Below are positions 1 to 7,903 of a stretch of DNA of 64,000 bases, piece after piece. Origin of the DNA: Clostridiales bacterium (GTDB lineage: Bacteria; Bacillota; Clostridia; Lachnospirales; UBA12420); assembly GCA_003452395.1 (NCBI GenBank), contig DMOI01000014.1:13402-77401 (forward strand), read 5' to 3'. The position numbers and the translations under genes are program-made. How positions within the stretch are numbered: position 1 is the stretch's first letter; every line of letters starts with the position of its first letter. The notes below the pieces were generated by a model, which saw only the letters and a list, made by a program, of their open reading frames with translations, had not been told where the DNA came from and did no database searches.

Positions 1-2190
1 TATTCCTATATACTTTGCATCATATATTCCAGATACCTTACCAGTCACAACCCCTAGCCTATACTCACCCTGCTCGTTTATGTACGGCACCGATTGGTCT
101 CCATCATGCGCCATAAAGCTCTTGATTACGTTGTCTACGTATTCCTTATTTATATCATCCGCCATCATACCTTCTATCTTTAGGTACTGAGAAAGCTCTA
201 GCTTAAAAAAATTTGGCTCAGCAAATATATACTTGTCCGCCATATCGGTATCCATCGCAAGCACCACAGCTTTATACTTTGGCTCAACAATCAAAGCATT
301 TATTATCCCCATATCTACAAATGCTTCCTCTATAATCCCTTTATATTTTTCTTCTATATCACCCTTGTAGTCTATCGCCTTATACAAAGGTATGTGAGGT
401 ACGCCTAGACTTGTGAGCCTATCCCTATTTTTCCTCACCTTATCAAAAAGCTCAGGCTCAGGCTCTCTTTTATTTTTCCATTCCTCGATTTCATCACGTC
501 TATCGTTTATGACTTTATCTATCCTATTAATTTCGGCTTTCCATTCATTTATGGCAGTATCAAAAACAGATGCAGTCACAGATTTATGTGTGAATAATCG
601 CTCCCTAACCTCACCAAGTGTATCCTCTTCTCCGTAGTTTTCTATAATCTGTGCAAGTTTTACTAGATTTTCCTTTTCTATCTTGAAAATTTCATTGCCT
701 TTCTCCCACGCATACATGTTTTCTATACTATTTTCTCTCTCATGTAATAAAAGATTATATGCCTCGCCTGACCTGCGGTTTTTCTCATCCCTTGACTTTT
801 TTATATCCTCCAAGCCCTTTATCTTGCGTTCATAGTCAATACTAGTCCTATCTGTCTCCCTCAAAATCTCAAGTACATCCGCAATTCTCTTTTTATAGTC
901 TATTACCGCCTTCTTCACATAGCTAAAGCTATATGCTCCGTCAATTTTCTTTAAAAGCTCATCGCTAAAAAATCTCTGCTCGTCAAATTTGAACTCATCA
1001 GATGCATCGTCCATATCACCTAAAACCTTTATTATCTCTTCCTTTATTACCTCTGAGTCGTCCGCCGTCTTCTTTATAGACATGGCTATCTGCCTTTCGC
1101 TTGCCTTTTTCTCTTCTAGTGCCCCGTCCTTCCTCTTTTTATCTGCCTCGTAGTCTACTATATTCCGTTTTGTCTTCTCTAGCTCTTCTTTTATCGCAAT
1201 AATATCTTGTGCGTTTAGCTTTGCCTGCTTGTCCTCTAGAGCCTCTTTTTCTACTCCAAGCTTACCGAGATTTTCATCACACCTTTGTTCCTCTTTCTCA
1301 AACAATTCCTTACTCTTTTCATAACCTACCATATCTCGCTTTATCCGTTCAAATGTAAGCTTTGCATCCATATGCCTACTTTCCTTCTCCACGAGAACAA
1401 ATTTATTGTACTGGTCATACTCCTTTATTATCCGGTCAAGCCCTTTCTTACTTTGAAGTAAATACTCAAGCTGACTTTTTATATTATCCATATTTTCTAT
1501 TGCCTCAGACATAGGCATAAGATCCTCGTCTGATAGCGTTTGTAGCGAATTAGACATTATCTCGTAGCTTACCGTAGGCTTATAATCCTTAGAAAGCTTT
1601 GGACTCCTAAGCTGTACGACTAGCTTTATCAGCTCATCGTAATCATCAATTGACTCGTAGCCAAACAACAGCTTATTTACCATACTCATATACTCTTTTT
1701 GTGCCTCAAAAACCTGTCCACCCTCACTCAGCCTGTTTTGCAGTTCACGTCTCGTCAAAGGTATTTTACCGCCCATTTCTTTATACAGATACAAATCCTG
1801 CCCTATCCGCCTTCCATCAGTTACCACGAACCCCCATGAGTCAACACTCCTGCCCTTCACACCACGAAGCCCCATACCTATAGTCATATAAGCATTTGAC
1901 TCGGGCTTTGCAAACTCCATATATAAATACCCTGTTCTCTCATCAATATCATCACCATCTTCTATCAGATAATTCTCGATTTTCCTAGCCTTAGTACCAA
2001 AAGGGTCAAGCCGACTAGGGCTTTTATTACCGTCAAGCAGAAGCGGAATAACACTCTGCATAGTAACAGACTTCCCCGAACCATTTGCCCCGCGCAGAAG
2101 AAGCCTCCCGTCAACAAAATCAAACTCCTCATCATCATAATACCAAAAATTTATAAACCCTATACGATTTATCTTCCATCTTTCCGTCAT
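1..2190 (-). CDS. jetC: Wadjet JetC-like SMC-family ATPase (TIGR02680-type), N-terminal 730 codons; 3' end beyond the left window edge
   Basis: Absent from the ORF track because it runs off the window. Own translation from ATG 2188-2190 (SD GGGAGG upstream): MTERWKINRIGFINFWYYDDEEFDFVDGRLLLRGANGSGKSVTMQSVIPLLLDGNKSPSRLDPFG. Walker A is GANGSGKS. The frame stays open to position 1, and the rest is E/K-rich and coiled-coil-like. Family call from memory. Confidence 0.7.
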   Translation of the reverse strand, partial: MTERWKINRIGFINFWYYDDEEFDFVDGRLLLRGANGSGKSVTMQSVIPLLLDGNKSPSRLDPFGTKARKIENYLIEDGDDIDERTGYLYMEFAKPESNAYMTIGMGLRGVKGRSVDSWGFVVTDGRRIGQDLYLYKEMGGKIPLTRRELQNRLSEGGQVFEAQKEYMSMVNKLLFGYESIDDYDELIKLVVQLRSPKLSKDYKPTVSYEIMSNSLQTLSDEDLMPMSEAIENMDNIKSQLEYLLQSKKGLDRIIKEYDQYNKFVLVEKESRHMDAKLTFERIKRDMVGYEKSKELFEKEEQRCDENLGKLGVEKEALEDKQAKLNAQDIIAIKEELEKTKRNIVDYEADKKRKDGALEEKKASERQIAMSIKKTADDSEVIKEEIIKVLGDMDDASDEFKFDEQRFFSDELLKKIDGAYSFSYVKKAVIDYKKRIADVLEILRETDRTSIDYERKIKGLEDIKKSRDEKNRRSGEAYNLLLHERENSIENMYAWEKGNEIFKIEKENLVKLAQIIENYGEEDTLGEVRERLFTHKSVTASVFDTAINEWKAEINRIDKVINDRRDEIEEWKNKREPEPELFDKVRKNRDRLTSLGVPHIPLYKAIDYKGDIEEKYKGIIEEAFVDMGIINALIVEPKYKAVVLAMDTDMADKYIFAEPNFFKLELSQYLKIEGMMADDINKEYVDNVIKSFMAHDGDQSVPYINEQGEYRLGVVTGKVSGIYDAKYIGI

Positions 2191-2214
2191 GCTGGTTTGC
2201 CTCCCTTGTTGATT

Positions 2215-3048
2215 TTATTTTACTTCTTTGTTAATTTTTGCAGGTAAATAATTTTCATCAGTAACTACATTCCTTCCAGTTTTTGTTTCTAATTCCAATC
2301 TAGCAGATTTAGCAATTCCTCCACCTGTTTTACTTGCTAATTTATTTTCTTCTATACCTGTCGCCTCAATACTTTCAGCAACTTGCCTTGTTGAAAGTTC
2401 TGCCAAAGCTGTAAAAATTAGCTCAGCTTCACTCATATGGTCTCTTAAATTTTGTGTCTTTAATCCTTTAATATTCTTGTGTTCTTTTACACTTAGTCCC
2501 GACCATTCTTGATGAATAATATTTGTGAGTGTGGCATACTCTTCGCCTTCTTTTATTTCATGTTCTTTCCAATAATCCGTAAGTTTATTCCTCGTTTCTT
2601 GTCCCATCATTCGTTGTTCTATCCACTTTTTACTTCGTCCATGCTTCTTCCATGTTTCTCTTGCTCTATCAATTGCTTGAGACGGATCTACTAGTTCCTG
2701 CATTCTCTCATAACCCACTTTTGCAAGCCAAAGCTTTATCGGCTCAGCTTTTGGGCTAGGAACTGATTGAATAAGCCTAAGTAAAGTTTCAGGGTCAGCA
2801 ACATCTGTTAGTCTTAATTTACCATCTGCTGCTTCAATTTTCAACTGGTGACAATTTGTCACCGTTTCACTTCCCTCTTTATTTAAACGTTCTTTAAGTT
2901 TGTTCCAATATTTTCTAGCCGTCTGATAATCTGCCTGTTGTATCAGAACTCGAATAATGTCTATTACAGAAAAGTACCACATTTCTTTTTCTTTATCATA
3001 CTGACGACGAATATCATAGTCTTCAAAAATTGCTAAATCATTTTTCAT
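2215..3048 (-). CDS. DinD-like DNA-damage-inducible protein with Bro-N-type N-terminal region
   Basis: 277 aa. KGLKTQNLRDHMSEAELIFTALAELSTRQ resembles E. coli DinD KGLKKNQKILDHMGSTELAANLFRATQTEE. The stop lies 24 nt before the jetC start. Confidence 0.6.
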   Translation of the reverse strand: MKNDLAIFEDYDIRRQYDKEKEMWYFSVIDIIRVLIQQADYQTARKYWNKLKERLNKEGSETVTNCHQLKIEAADGKLRLTDVADPETLLRLIQSVPSPKAEPIKLWLAKVGYERMQELVDPSQAIDRARETWKKHGRSKKWIEQRMMGQETRNKLTDYWKEHEIKEGEEYATLTNIIHQEWSGLSVKEHKNIKGLKTQNLRDHMSEAELIFTALAELSTRQVAESIEATGIEENKLASKTGGGIAKSARLELETKTGRNVVTDENYLPAKINKEVK

Positions 3049-3141
3049 AGTAACCTCCTTATTTAATCGTTAAAGTTATGGATTGTTTTTTAACTATTTC
3101 ATCCTTTAACTTGCACTATTTAACTATATCTGCCCATGTAG

Positions 3142-3531
3142 TTATTTTATAATCTTAATTTTTACCTTTTCATACTTTGTATTTTCAGAGAATTCCCCTG
3201 GCATCACACTTGCTGCATATTTAAGCTTATCATCATAATTATCAAAGGTTTTATTGCTTTTTTGGCAATAACGTTCAATCATTCTTGCCGCCTCGAACAA
3301 GAACTCTTTATCATCTTCATTCATTACCATAATCTCATTGCTCTCATAAGCTTGTTTTGGTGGTAACCACATATACCATTTTTTAGATTTGTCAATATCT
3401 TCGCCTAATTCTAATTTCTCATATTGCTCTTCTGTTAGCTCAAGTATTTCTTCCTCTTTCGGATCTATTCCTAATTTAAATATCATAATTAAGGCTGGTG
3501 CCACTTTAAACATCAAACTAAAAAAATCCAT
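3142..3531 (-). CDS. hypothetical protein, 129 aa
   Basis: ORF track only. Co-directional with the jet genes. No recognisable motif. Confidence 0.4.
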   Translation of the reverse strand: MDFFSLMFKVAPALIMIFKLGIDPKEEEILELTEEQYEKLELGEDIDKSKKWYMWLPPKQAYESNEIMVMNEDDKEFLFEAARMIERYCQKSNKTFDNYDDKLKYAASVMPGEFSENTKYEKVKIKIIK

Positions 3532-3559
3532 CTTTAGAATCTCCTTTTCAAAATATTTT

Positions 3560-3640
3560 TCATATCAGCCGCCGTGCTTCGCCACCGCTGATTGGCACAG
3601 GCATGCCGGTGCCCTACGAGGAGGGCTTACGCCCTCATTT
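3560..3640 (-). other. GC-rich three-hairpin element (possible IS200/IS605-derived end relic or small structured RNA)
   Basis: GC is clearly higher than the flanking AT-rich DNA. Hairpins: atcagc/gctgat (3564-3592), ggcac/gtgcc (3594-3613), and gagggc-ttac-gccctc (3621-3636; GUAA tetraloop on the minus strand). Shares TTGGCACA, CCGCCG and CCCTCATTT with 9141-9232. Confidence 0.4.
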
Positions 3641-4783
3641 ATTTCCGACCTCTGACTTCTGACCTCCGACCTCTAGTTTATATCCCCCAACCACCTTACC
3701 GACCATCGGCAATATATCCACCTCAGTATCATGCATATCGATAAATCTGTAGTAGTACATATATTCCTTTACTTCCTCTACAAACTCATTTATCCCCATT
3801 TCACGGTAGCTTTTGCCGAAGTTGTGGTTGTTTTTATTTCTTGTTTCATTTATTATTCTCTCAAAGCGTGGCAGTGACACGGTTATCACGTCTCTTTCGG
3901 CTTTTATAAGCTCTCCGTTTTTCAAGCGAGCACATATATCACCATTTACTAGAAGCACTATGTCTGATATGTTTTTGTCGCTTGGGAATACCTCTTTGTA
4001 GTTTTTGTCTTCTGAAAGTAGCACCATTGCTCCGTTTTTATGTACTTGAAAGCTGGAATCAAATAGCTTTTCTATATCATTTTCTATTACACTTCTATAC
4101 TTTTTTATATAAAGATAGTCCATATCCTCCGCTCCGCCGTTGTACACAACTGGCGACATAAATATTTTCCTGTATACCCTATTCCTTAGAAATATTCCCT
4201 TATCCGTATTTACATCCTCAAGCGAGCTTTTCTCAAAATCCTTAAAGCTTTCGTAGTTTAAAATGCTTTCATTAAAATGATTTAGAAAATACTTAGAAAG
4301 CCCTGTGTTTTCGTACAGAACCTCACCTGACTCACTGTTTACAAACTGTGAGTCGTCACCGTCAGTGACCTTTATCAAATACTGCTCTGTAGCATACCTT
4401 AACACCTTGATAAGTCGCCTTCTATGGGTGTATATGGTCCAGTCAACCTTAGTCTCGCCCTCATACTTACTCTCGACATAGTCAGTAAGCTGTGAAAGTA
4501 TAAACTGCTCCTCCGCACCCTTATCCTCTAAGAACATCAGTATTATGGTCAGGAACTTGTATTCCTGTACCGACTCAAAATAAAGAATCCCCATAAAGCT
4601 CTCAGCCATTCCTGGCTTTTTCTCTAGCTTTATGAATTTAGGGTTAACAATTATGCTATACCCGAGCTTTTCTTTTATAAATTCCTTATAATCATCCAGC
4701 TTATTTTTCACTCTATAATACATGTCACTATCTTTCTCACGAACAACCCACCTATTTTCAAGCAATATCTCAAATTCATTCAT
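3635..4783 (-). CDS. jetB: Wadjet JetB-like protein (DUF2398/TIGR02678-type)
   Basis: 382 aa. ATGA start/stop overlap with jetA. Size and position fit the TIGR02677-02678-02680 gene order. C-terminal tail LEVGGQKSEVGNK is encoded by a heptamer array. Confidence 0.6.
   Translation of the reverse strand: MNEFEILLENRWVVREKDSDMYYRVKNKLDDYKEFIKEKLGYSIIVNPKFIKLEKKPGMAESFMGILYFESVQEYKFLTIILMFLEDKGAEEQFILSQLTDYVESKYEGETKVDWTIYTHRRRLIKVLRYATEQYLIKVTDGDDSQFVNSESGEVLYENTGLSKYFLNHFNESILNYESFKDFEKSSLEDVNTDKGIFLRNRVYRKIFMSPVVYNGGAEDMDYLYIKKYRSVIENDIEKLFDSSFQVHKNGAMVLLSEDKNYKEVFPSDKNISDIVLLVNGDICARLKNGELIKAERDVITVSLPRFERIINETRNKNNHNFGKSYREMGINEFVEEVKEYMYYYRFIDMHDTEVDILPMVGKVVGGYKLEVGGQKSEVGNK
3646..3673 (-). 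repeat. 4 tandem heptamers (minus strand GAGGTCG GAGGTCA GAAGTCA GAGGTCG)
   Basis: Read directly. Preceded by CTA and followed by GAAATAAATGA on the minus strand. Confidence 0.9.
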
Positions 4784-6321
4784 TTTCCCACCTCCGACCT
4801 CTCACCTCTGACCTCTAGCACGTACCCCGGCATCTCTAGTTCCCCATCCTTTGATTTTAGCACACAGCGTTCTCTAGTATCTGGATTCAGTATTTCAACT
4901 CGTCTACCATCCTCAGTTTTAGTAATCTTACTTGTATTTGCAAGTGCTTTGGCCAGCCATCTTAGCAATATCTTTCGGGTGTTTTTTTCTATAACTGGCA
5001 AGACTTTAAAGTCTAGTATGCCTTCATTTATATAGCTATTGACTGTCTCCATATCACGTGCAATACCCTCAAGGTAAGCCTCTAGAGCCTCCTTTTTCTT
5101 ATCCGTATTATCACGTATCACGGTCTTCTCAAAGGTTTCCCTATAAGCTCTTATTCTCGGCTTGATATCTAGTAGCATCGGCTTTTCTTCATAAATGCTG
5201 CTGTTTATACTTTCTGTATCCCTAGTCAGGTTTCCCTTTATATGTCTACTTCTCTCTATCCCAAATAAATGTGACGCAAGCTTGTGAGCCTCGTGTATGT
5301 CTTTACAACCAGAAAAAAGAGTAACTATCTTAATATACTCCTCTTTTCGATTAACCACCATTCGACTACTCTCAGCTAAATGTACAGCATATCTCGTCAT
5401 CTTCCTTATGATATCATTTGTTATTTCTAGCAGCTTCTCAGACTCACTTATCATTCCTTTGCTACCTAGGAACCACTCCTTTATATTATCCCAAACCCCC
5501 GCAATGTTGTCCCTGATTTGTTCACGAGTAACCACTTCTATTTCTATTTGGGGTATTGACTTTTTATAATTTACAAGCCTTAGTATAACTTCACTTTCCA
5601 TCTTAGGAGTTATATGATTTAAATATTTCTCTATCTGATGTGCATTATCCTGCAAAGACTTTATAAAATCCCGCAAATATTCCACAAATTTATCTTTATA
5701 TACGATAAACTCCTTACTCTTTAATAGCTCATCAGCCTTCATGCTTTGGAAATTTCTTATGTAGTCTTGATAGTTTTGATTCAGCCTTTTAAAACTTATA
5801 TTCAAGTCATCCCACCAAATGCTAAGCTCTTTTTCGCTCTTGCCGTGCATATGATCAAACTGTACTATGTACTGCTTAAGCCTTTCTATAAGGGTAGGTT
5901 CAAGCGACGCACCCTCTATAAATAAATTTTCAAGTTTTATCGTCATACGCTCTATCTCAACTGTATATTCAGAAAGCCTATATCTAAATTTTTTGTTCTT
6001 AAACTCATCTATACTCTGAACCCTAGATGTATCCTGCACAGGAACGATATTCCCCCACCGAACCAAAGCCTCCAAATCCTGCAGGCACATATCCATCGTA
6101 TACTCCCGAAAAACATCATGCTTTTTAAGCTCCTCATATATTTCCTCTTTATAAAACCAGTACTTTATTTTCTCATATTGCGTAAACAAAAACCGTATTA
6201 TGGTTCGATACCTATAAGCATTATCCTCTACCAAATACTTAACCTCTACTATCTGTTTTGTTACCTTACCATTTATCTCCACACTATCACACATCCTAAG
6301 CTTTTTGTTATATTCTACCAT
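4780..6321 (-). CDS. jetA: Wadjet JetA-like protein (DUF2397/TIGR02677-type)
   Basis: 513 aa. First gene of the co-directional set. N-terminal DNAYRYRTIIRFLF region is as remembered for DUF2397. Tail LEVRGERSEVGK is encoded by a heptamer array. Confidence 0.6.
   Translation of the reverse strand: MVEYNKKLRMCDSVEINGKVTKQIVEVKYLVEDNAYRYRTIIRFLFTQYEKIKYWFYKEEIYEELKKHDVFREYTMDMCLQDLEALVRWGNIVPVQDTSRVQSIDEFKNKKFRYRLSEYTVEIERMTIKLENLFIEGASLEPTLIERLKQYIVQFDHMHGKSEKELSIWWDDLNISFKRLNQNYQDYIRNFQSMKADELLKSKEFIVYKDKFVEYLRDFIKSLQDNAHQIEKYLNHITPKMESEVILRLVNYKKSIPQIEIEVVTREQIRDNIAGVWDNIKEWFLGSKGMISESEKLLEITNDIIRKMTRYAVHLAESSRMVVNRKEEYIKIVTLFSGCKDIHEAHKLASHLFGIERSRHIKGNLTRDTESINSSIYEEKPMLLDIKPRIRAYRETFEKTVIRDNTDKKKEALEAYLEGIARDMETVNSYINEGILDFKVLPVIEKNTRKILLRWLAKALANTSKITKTEDGRRVEILNPDTRERCVLKSKDGELEMPGYVLEVRGERSEVGK
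4788..4815 (-). repeat. 4 tandem heptamers (minus strand GAGGTCA GAGGTGA GAGGTCG GAGGTGG) ending at the jetB start
   Basis: Read directly. Each unit contains the SD core GAGGT. Followed by GAAAATGA, which holds the jetA stop and jetB start. Confidence 0.9.
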
Positions 6322-6532
6322 CTTTTTCTACCTTTTTCAATATATTTACTTAAATTTTATTCTACAATCTCGTCAAAACTTCTCCATTTATATCAATTAC
6401 TTTTATTTCTACATTATCATCACCACGGAGATTATGTGACAAAATCTACATCCTAAATATTACTCATAATCTTCACTTCCCCTAAATATGCATCCACTTC
6501 TATTATGACATTTTAGGACCGTCCCCATTTGT

Positions 6533-6964
6533 CTAATGGTATCTGACCCCGTTTATTTCACTTTTTGTCTGGCACTCACTACACTCATTGTCATGTATAG
6601 AGATTATGCCACCACAAACAGAACAGGTATATTCTCTCTGTTGTAGTATCATAAACTCCACAAGTCCTATCTCTTTTACTTTGCTGCTGTTATCCATGAG
6701 ACTTGCACCATAACGAGAGTTATAGCTTTTTTCAAGTGATTTAATTCGCTTACAAGGATATTCTGAACACTCAAAACAGTAAGAAATTCCTTTTTCTTTG
6801 ACGCAATCTTTAATTTTACATTTTCGACAATGTTCTGGTTTGCCAATATCGCTGTTTAAGCAACCATCACACGGCTTCTTATTATAGCAATGCTTATAGC
6901 AAACCATGCAGTTCATTCCGCAAAGTGCAAACATTGCAACTTCAATTTTATCTGGCATTTCCAT
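6533..6964 (-). CDS. Cys-rich DUF3795-like protein
   Basis: 143 aa with many CxxC pairs (CGMNCMVCYKHC, CDGC, CRKCKIKDC, CFECSEYPC, CSVCGG, CSEC). Confidence 0.5.
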   Translation of the reverse strand: MEMPDKIEVAMFALCGMNCMVCYKHCYNKKPCDGCLNSDIGKPEHCRKCKIKDCVKEKGISYCFECSEYPCKRIKSLEKSYNSRYGASLMDNSSKVKEIGLVEFMILQQREYTCSVCGGIISIHDNECSECQTKSEINGVRYH

Positions 6965-7060
6965 ACTGCATAGCTCCTTTCAATTTCCTTCGTAAATTAG
7001 GCTTAAAATCTACGATGTCATCTATATTTTCGCCTATTTGCGGACCAATTTCACCATGGT

Positions 7061-7197
7061 CTCAGCCGTAGACTGCTTCCAATCAGATTTCGCTCACACT
7101 CATCTTCTTGGGCAGTCCTGACATGGGTAGTCGTAAAAAACTTACTTCGTCGTTTCTCTCCTTGTAAGTTTAACGACTGTCTCCACATGCATCGTAT
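7061..7197. repeat. 137-bp perfect direct repeat, copy 1 (rlmD 3'-end relic plus att core)
   Basis: Base-for-base identical to 17372-17508. Contains the core gtctccacatgcatcgt at 7179-7195. Confidence 0.9.
7142..7197 (-). pseudogene. rlmD 3'-terminal relic (...TMHVETVVKLTRRETTK*)
   Basis: Minus-strand translation matches the C-terminus of intact rlmD (TMHVETVVKLTQKV*) up to the core, then diverges. Confidence 0.7.
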
Positions 7198-7392
7198 CCC
7201 TTTTCCATTTGTTATCCTATATCATACAATATCACAGAGTATCTCTCAACCCTTTGAACAGTAAGCGGATGTGCGATACTTTTTATTTTTTTATATCTAT
7301 GTATATCTCAGAATATAATGGCATATTATCCTGTAGGTTATCAAATGGTTATCATAGTTACTTTCTTTTTTCACATTTTTCAGCTTCAATTA

Positions 7393-7704
7393 CTAACTTA
7401 TAATTGCTTTCTTCGAATTCACCCTAAAACCAATTGATATAATCATGTCAAGATTATAATACTTCACCTTATATTTCTGCCCTGTTTGACCCACATGTTC
7501 CAAAATGGAACATGTGCTACTTTCTATTAATTCTTGTTGTTTATAAATATTATTTATGTGCTTTGTAATCGCTGGTCTTTCTACTTCAAATAATTTAGAT
7601 ATAGTCTCTGCATTTAACCATACATTTTCATCACTATATATTACCTCTACCTCTGCCTTTCCATCTTCTCCAGTGTATATTAGTATATCAGATTTTTCTT
7701 TCAC
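7393..7704 (-). pseudogene. RhuM-family protein, N-terminal fragment only
   Basis: DILIYTGEDGKAEVEVIYSDENVWLNAETISKLFEVERPAITKHINNIY...YYNLDMIISIGFRVNSKKA matches the remembered RhuM N-terminus. It stops at ~100 aa, whereas the family is ~330 aa. Confidence 0.6.
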
Positions 7705-7762
7705 TAAAAGCCCTCCTTATAATATTTTATTCAATATCGCTTTTTCCCAAATTACACTTTGA

Positions 7763-7902
7763 GCAAAGTGTTTGTAATATATATCCAATTTCAATTAAAA
7801 CCCTATATTTACAGCGTTTACCCTCATTTTTGATAATCACTTCACTTTTGGTTATCAAACGGTTATCAAATGGTTATCATGAATATAGGTTACGGTTATC
7901 AT
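7763..7902. repeat. core-less att-arm junction: right-arm homologue followed by 4 GGTTATCA(A/T) copies
   Basis: 7763-7845 shares gtttgtaatatatatcc, aaaaccct.tat.tacag and atttttgataa with 17296-17371. GGTTATCAAA at 7850 and 7861; GGTTATCAT at 7872 and 7894. Confidence 0.5.
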
Positions 7903-7903
7903 T

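Noticed and set aside
3560-3640. GC-rich hairpins considered as a group II intron domain V/VI remnant.
   Set aside because: There is no 34-nt domain V-type two-helix hairpin with a bulge, no RT or maturase ORF, and no intron boundary motifs nearby.
3646-4815. Heptamer arrays considered as CRISPR-like or minisatellite arrays.
   Set aside because: The units are contiguous with no spacers, there are only 4 copies, they lie inside coding sequence, and there are no cas genes.
7336-7902. GGTTATCAAA arrays considered as DnaA boxes or a replication origin.
   Set aside because: They differ from TTATCCACA at 2-3 positions, occur only at att-arm positions, and have a structural twin (GGTGGCAAA) beside the integrase. 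Arm-type sites are the simpler explanation.
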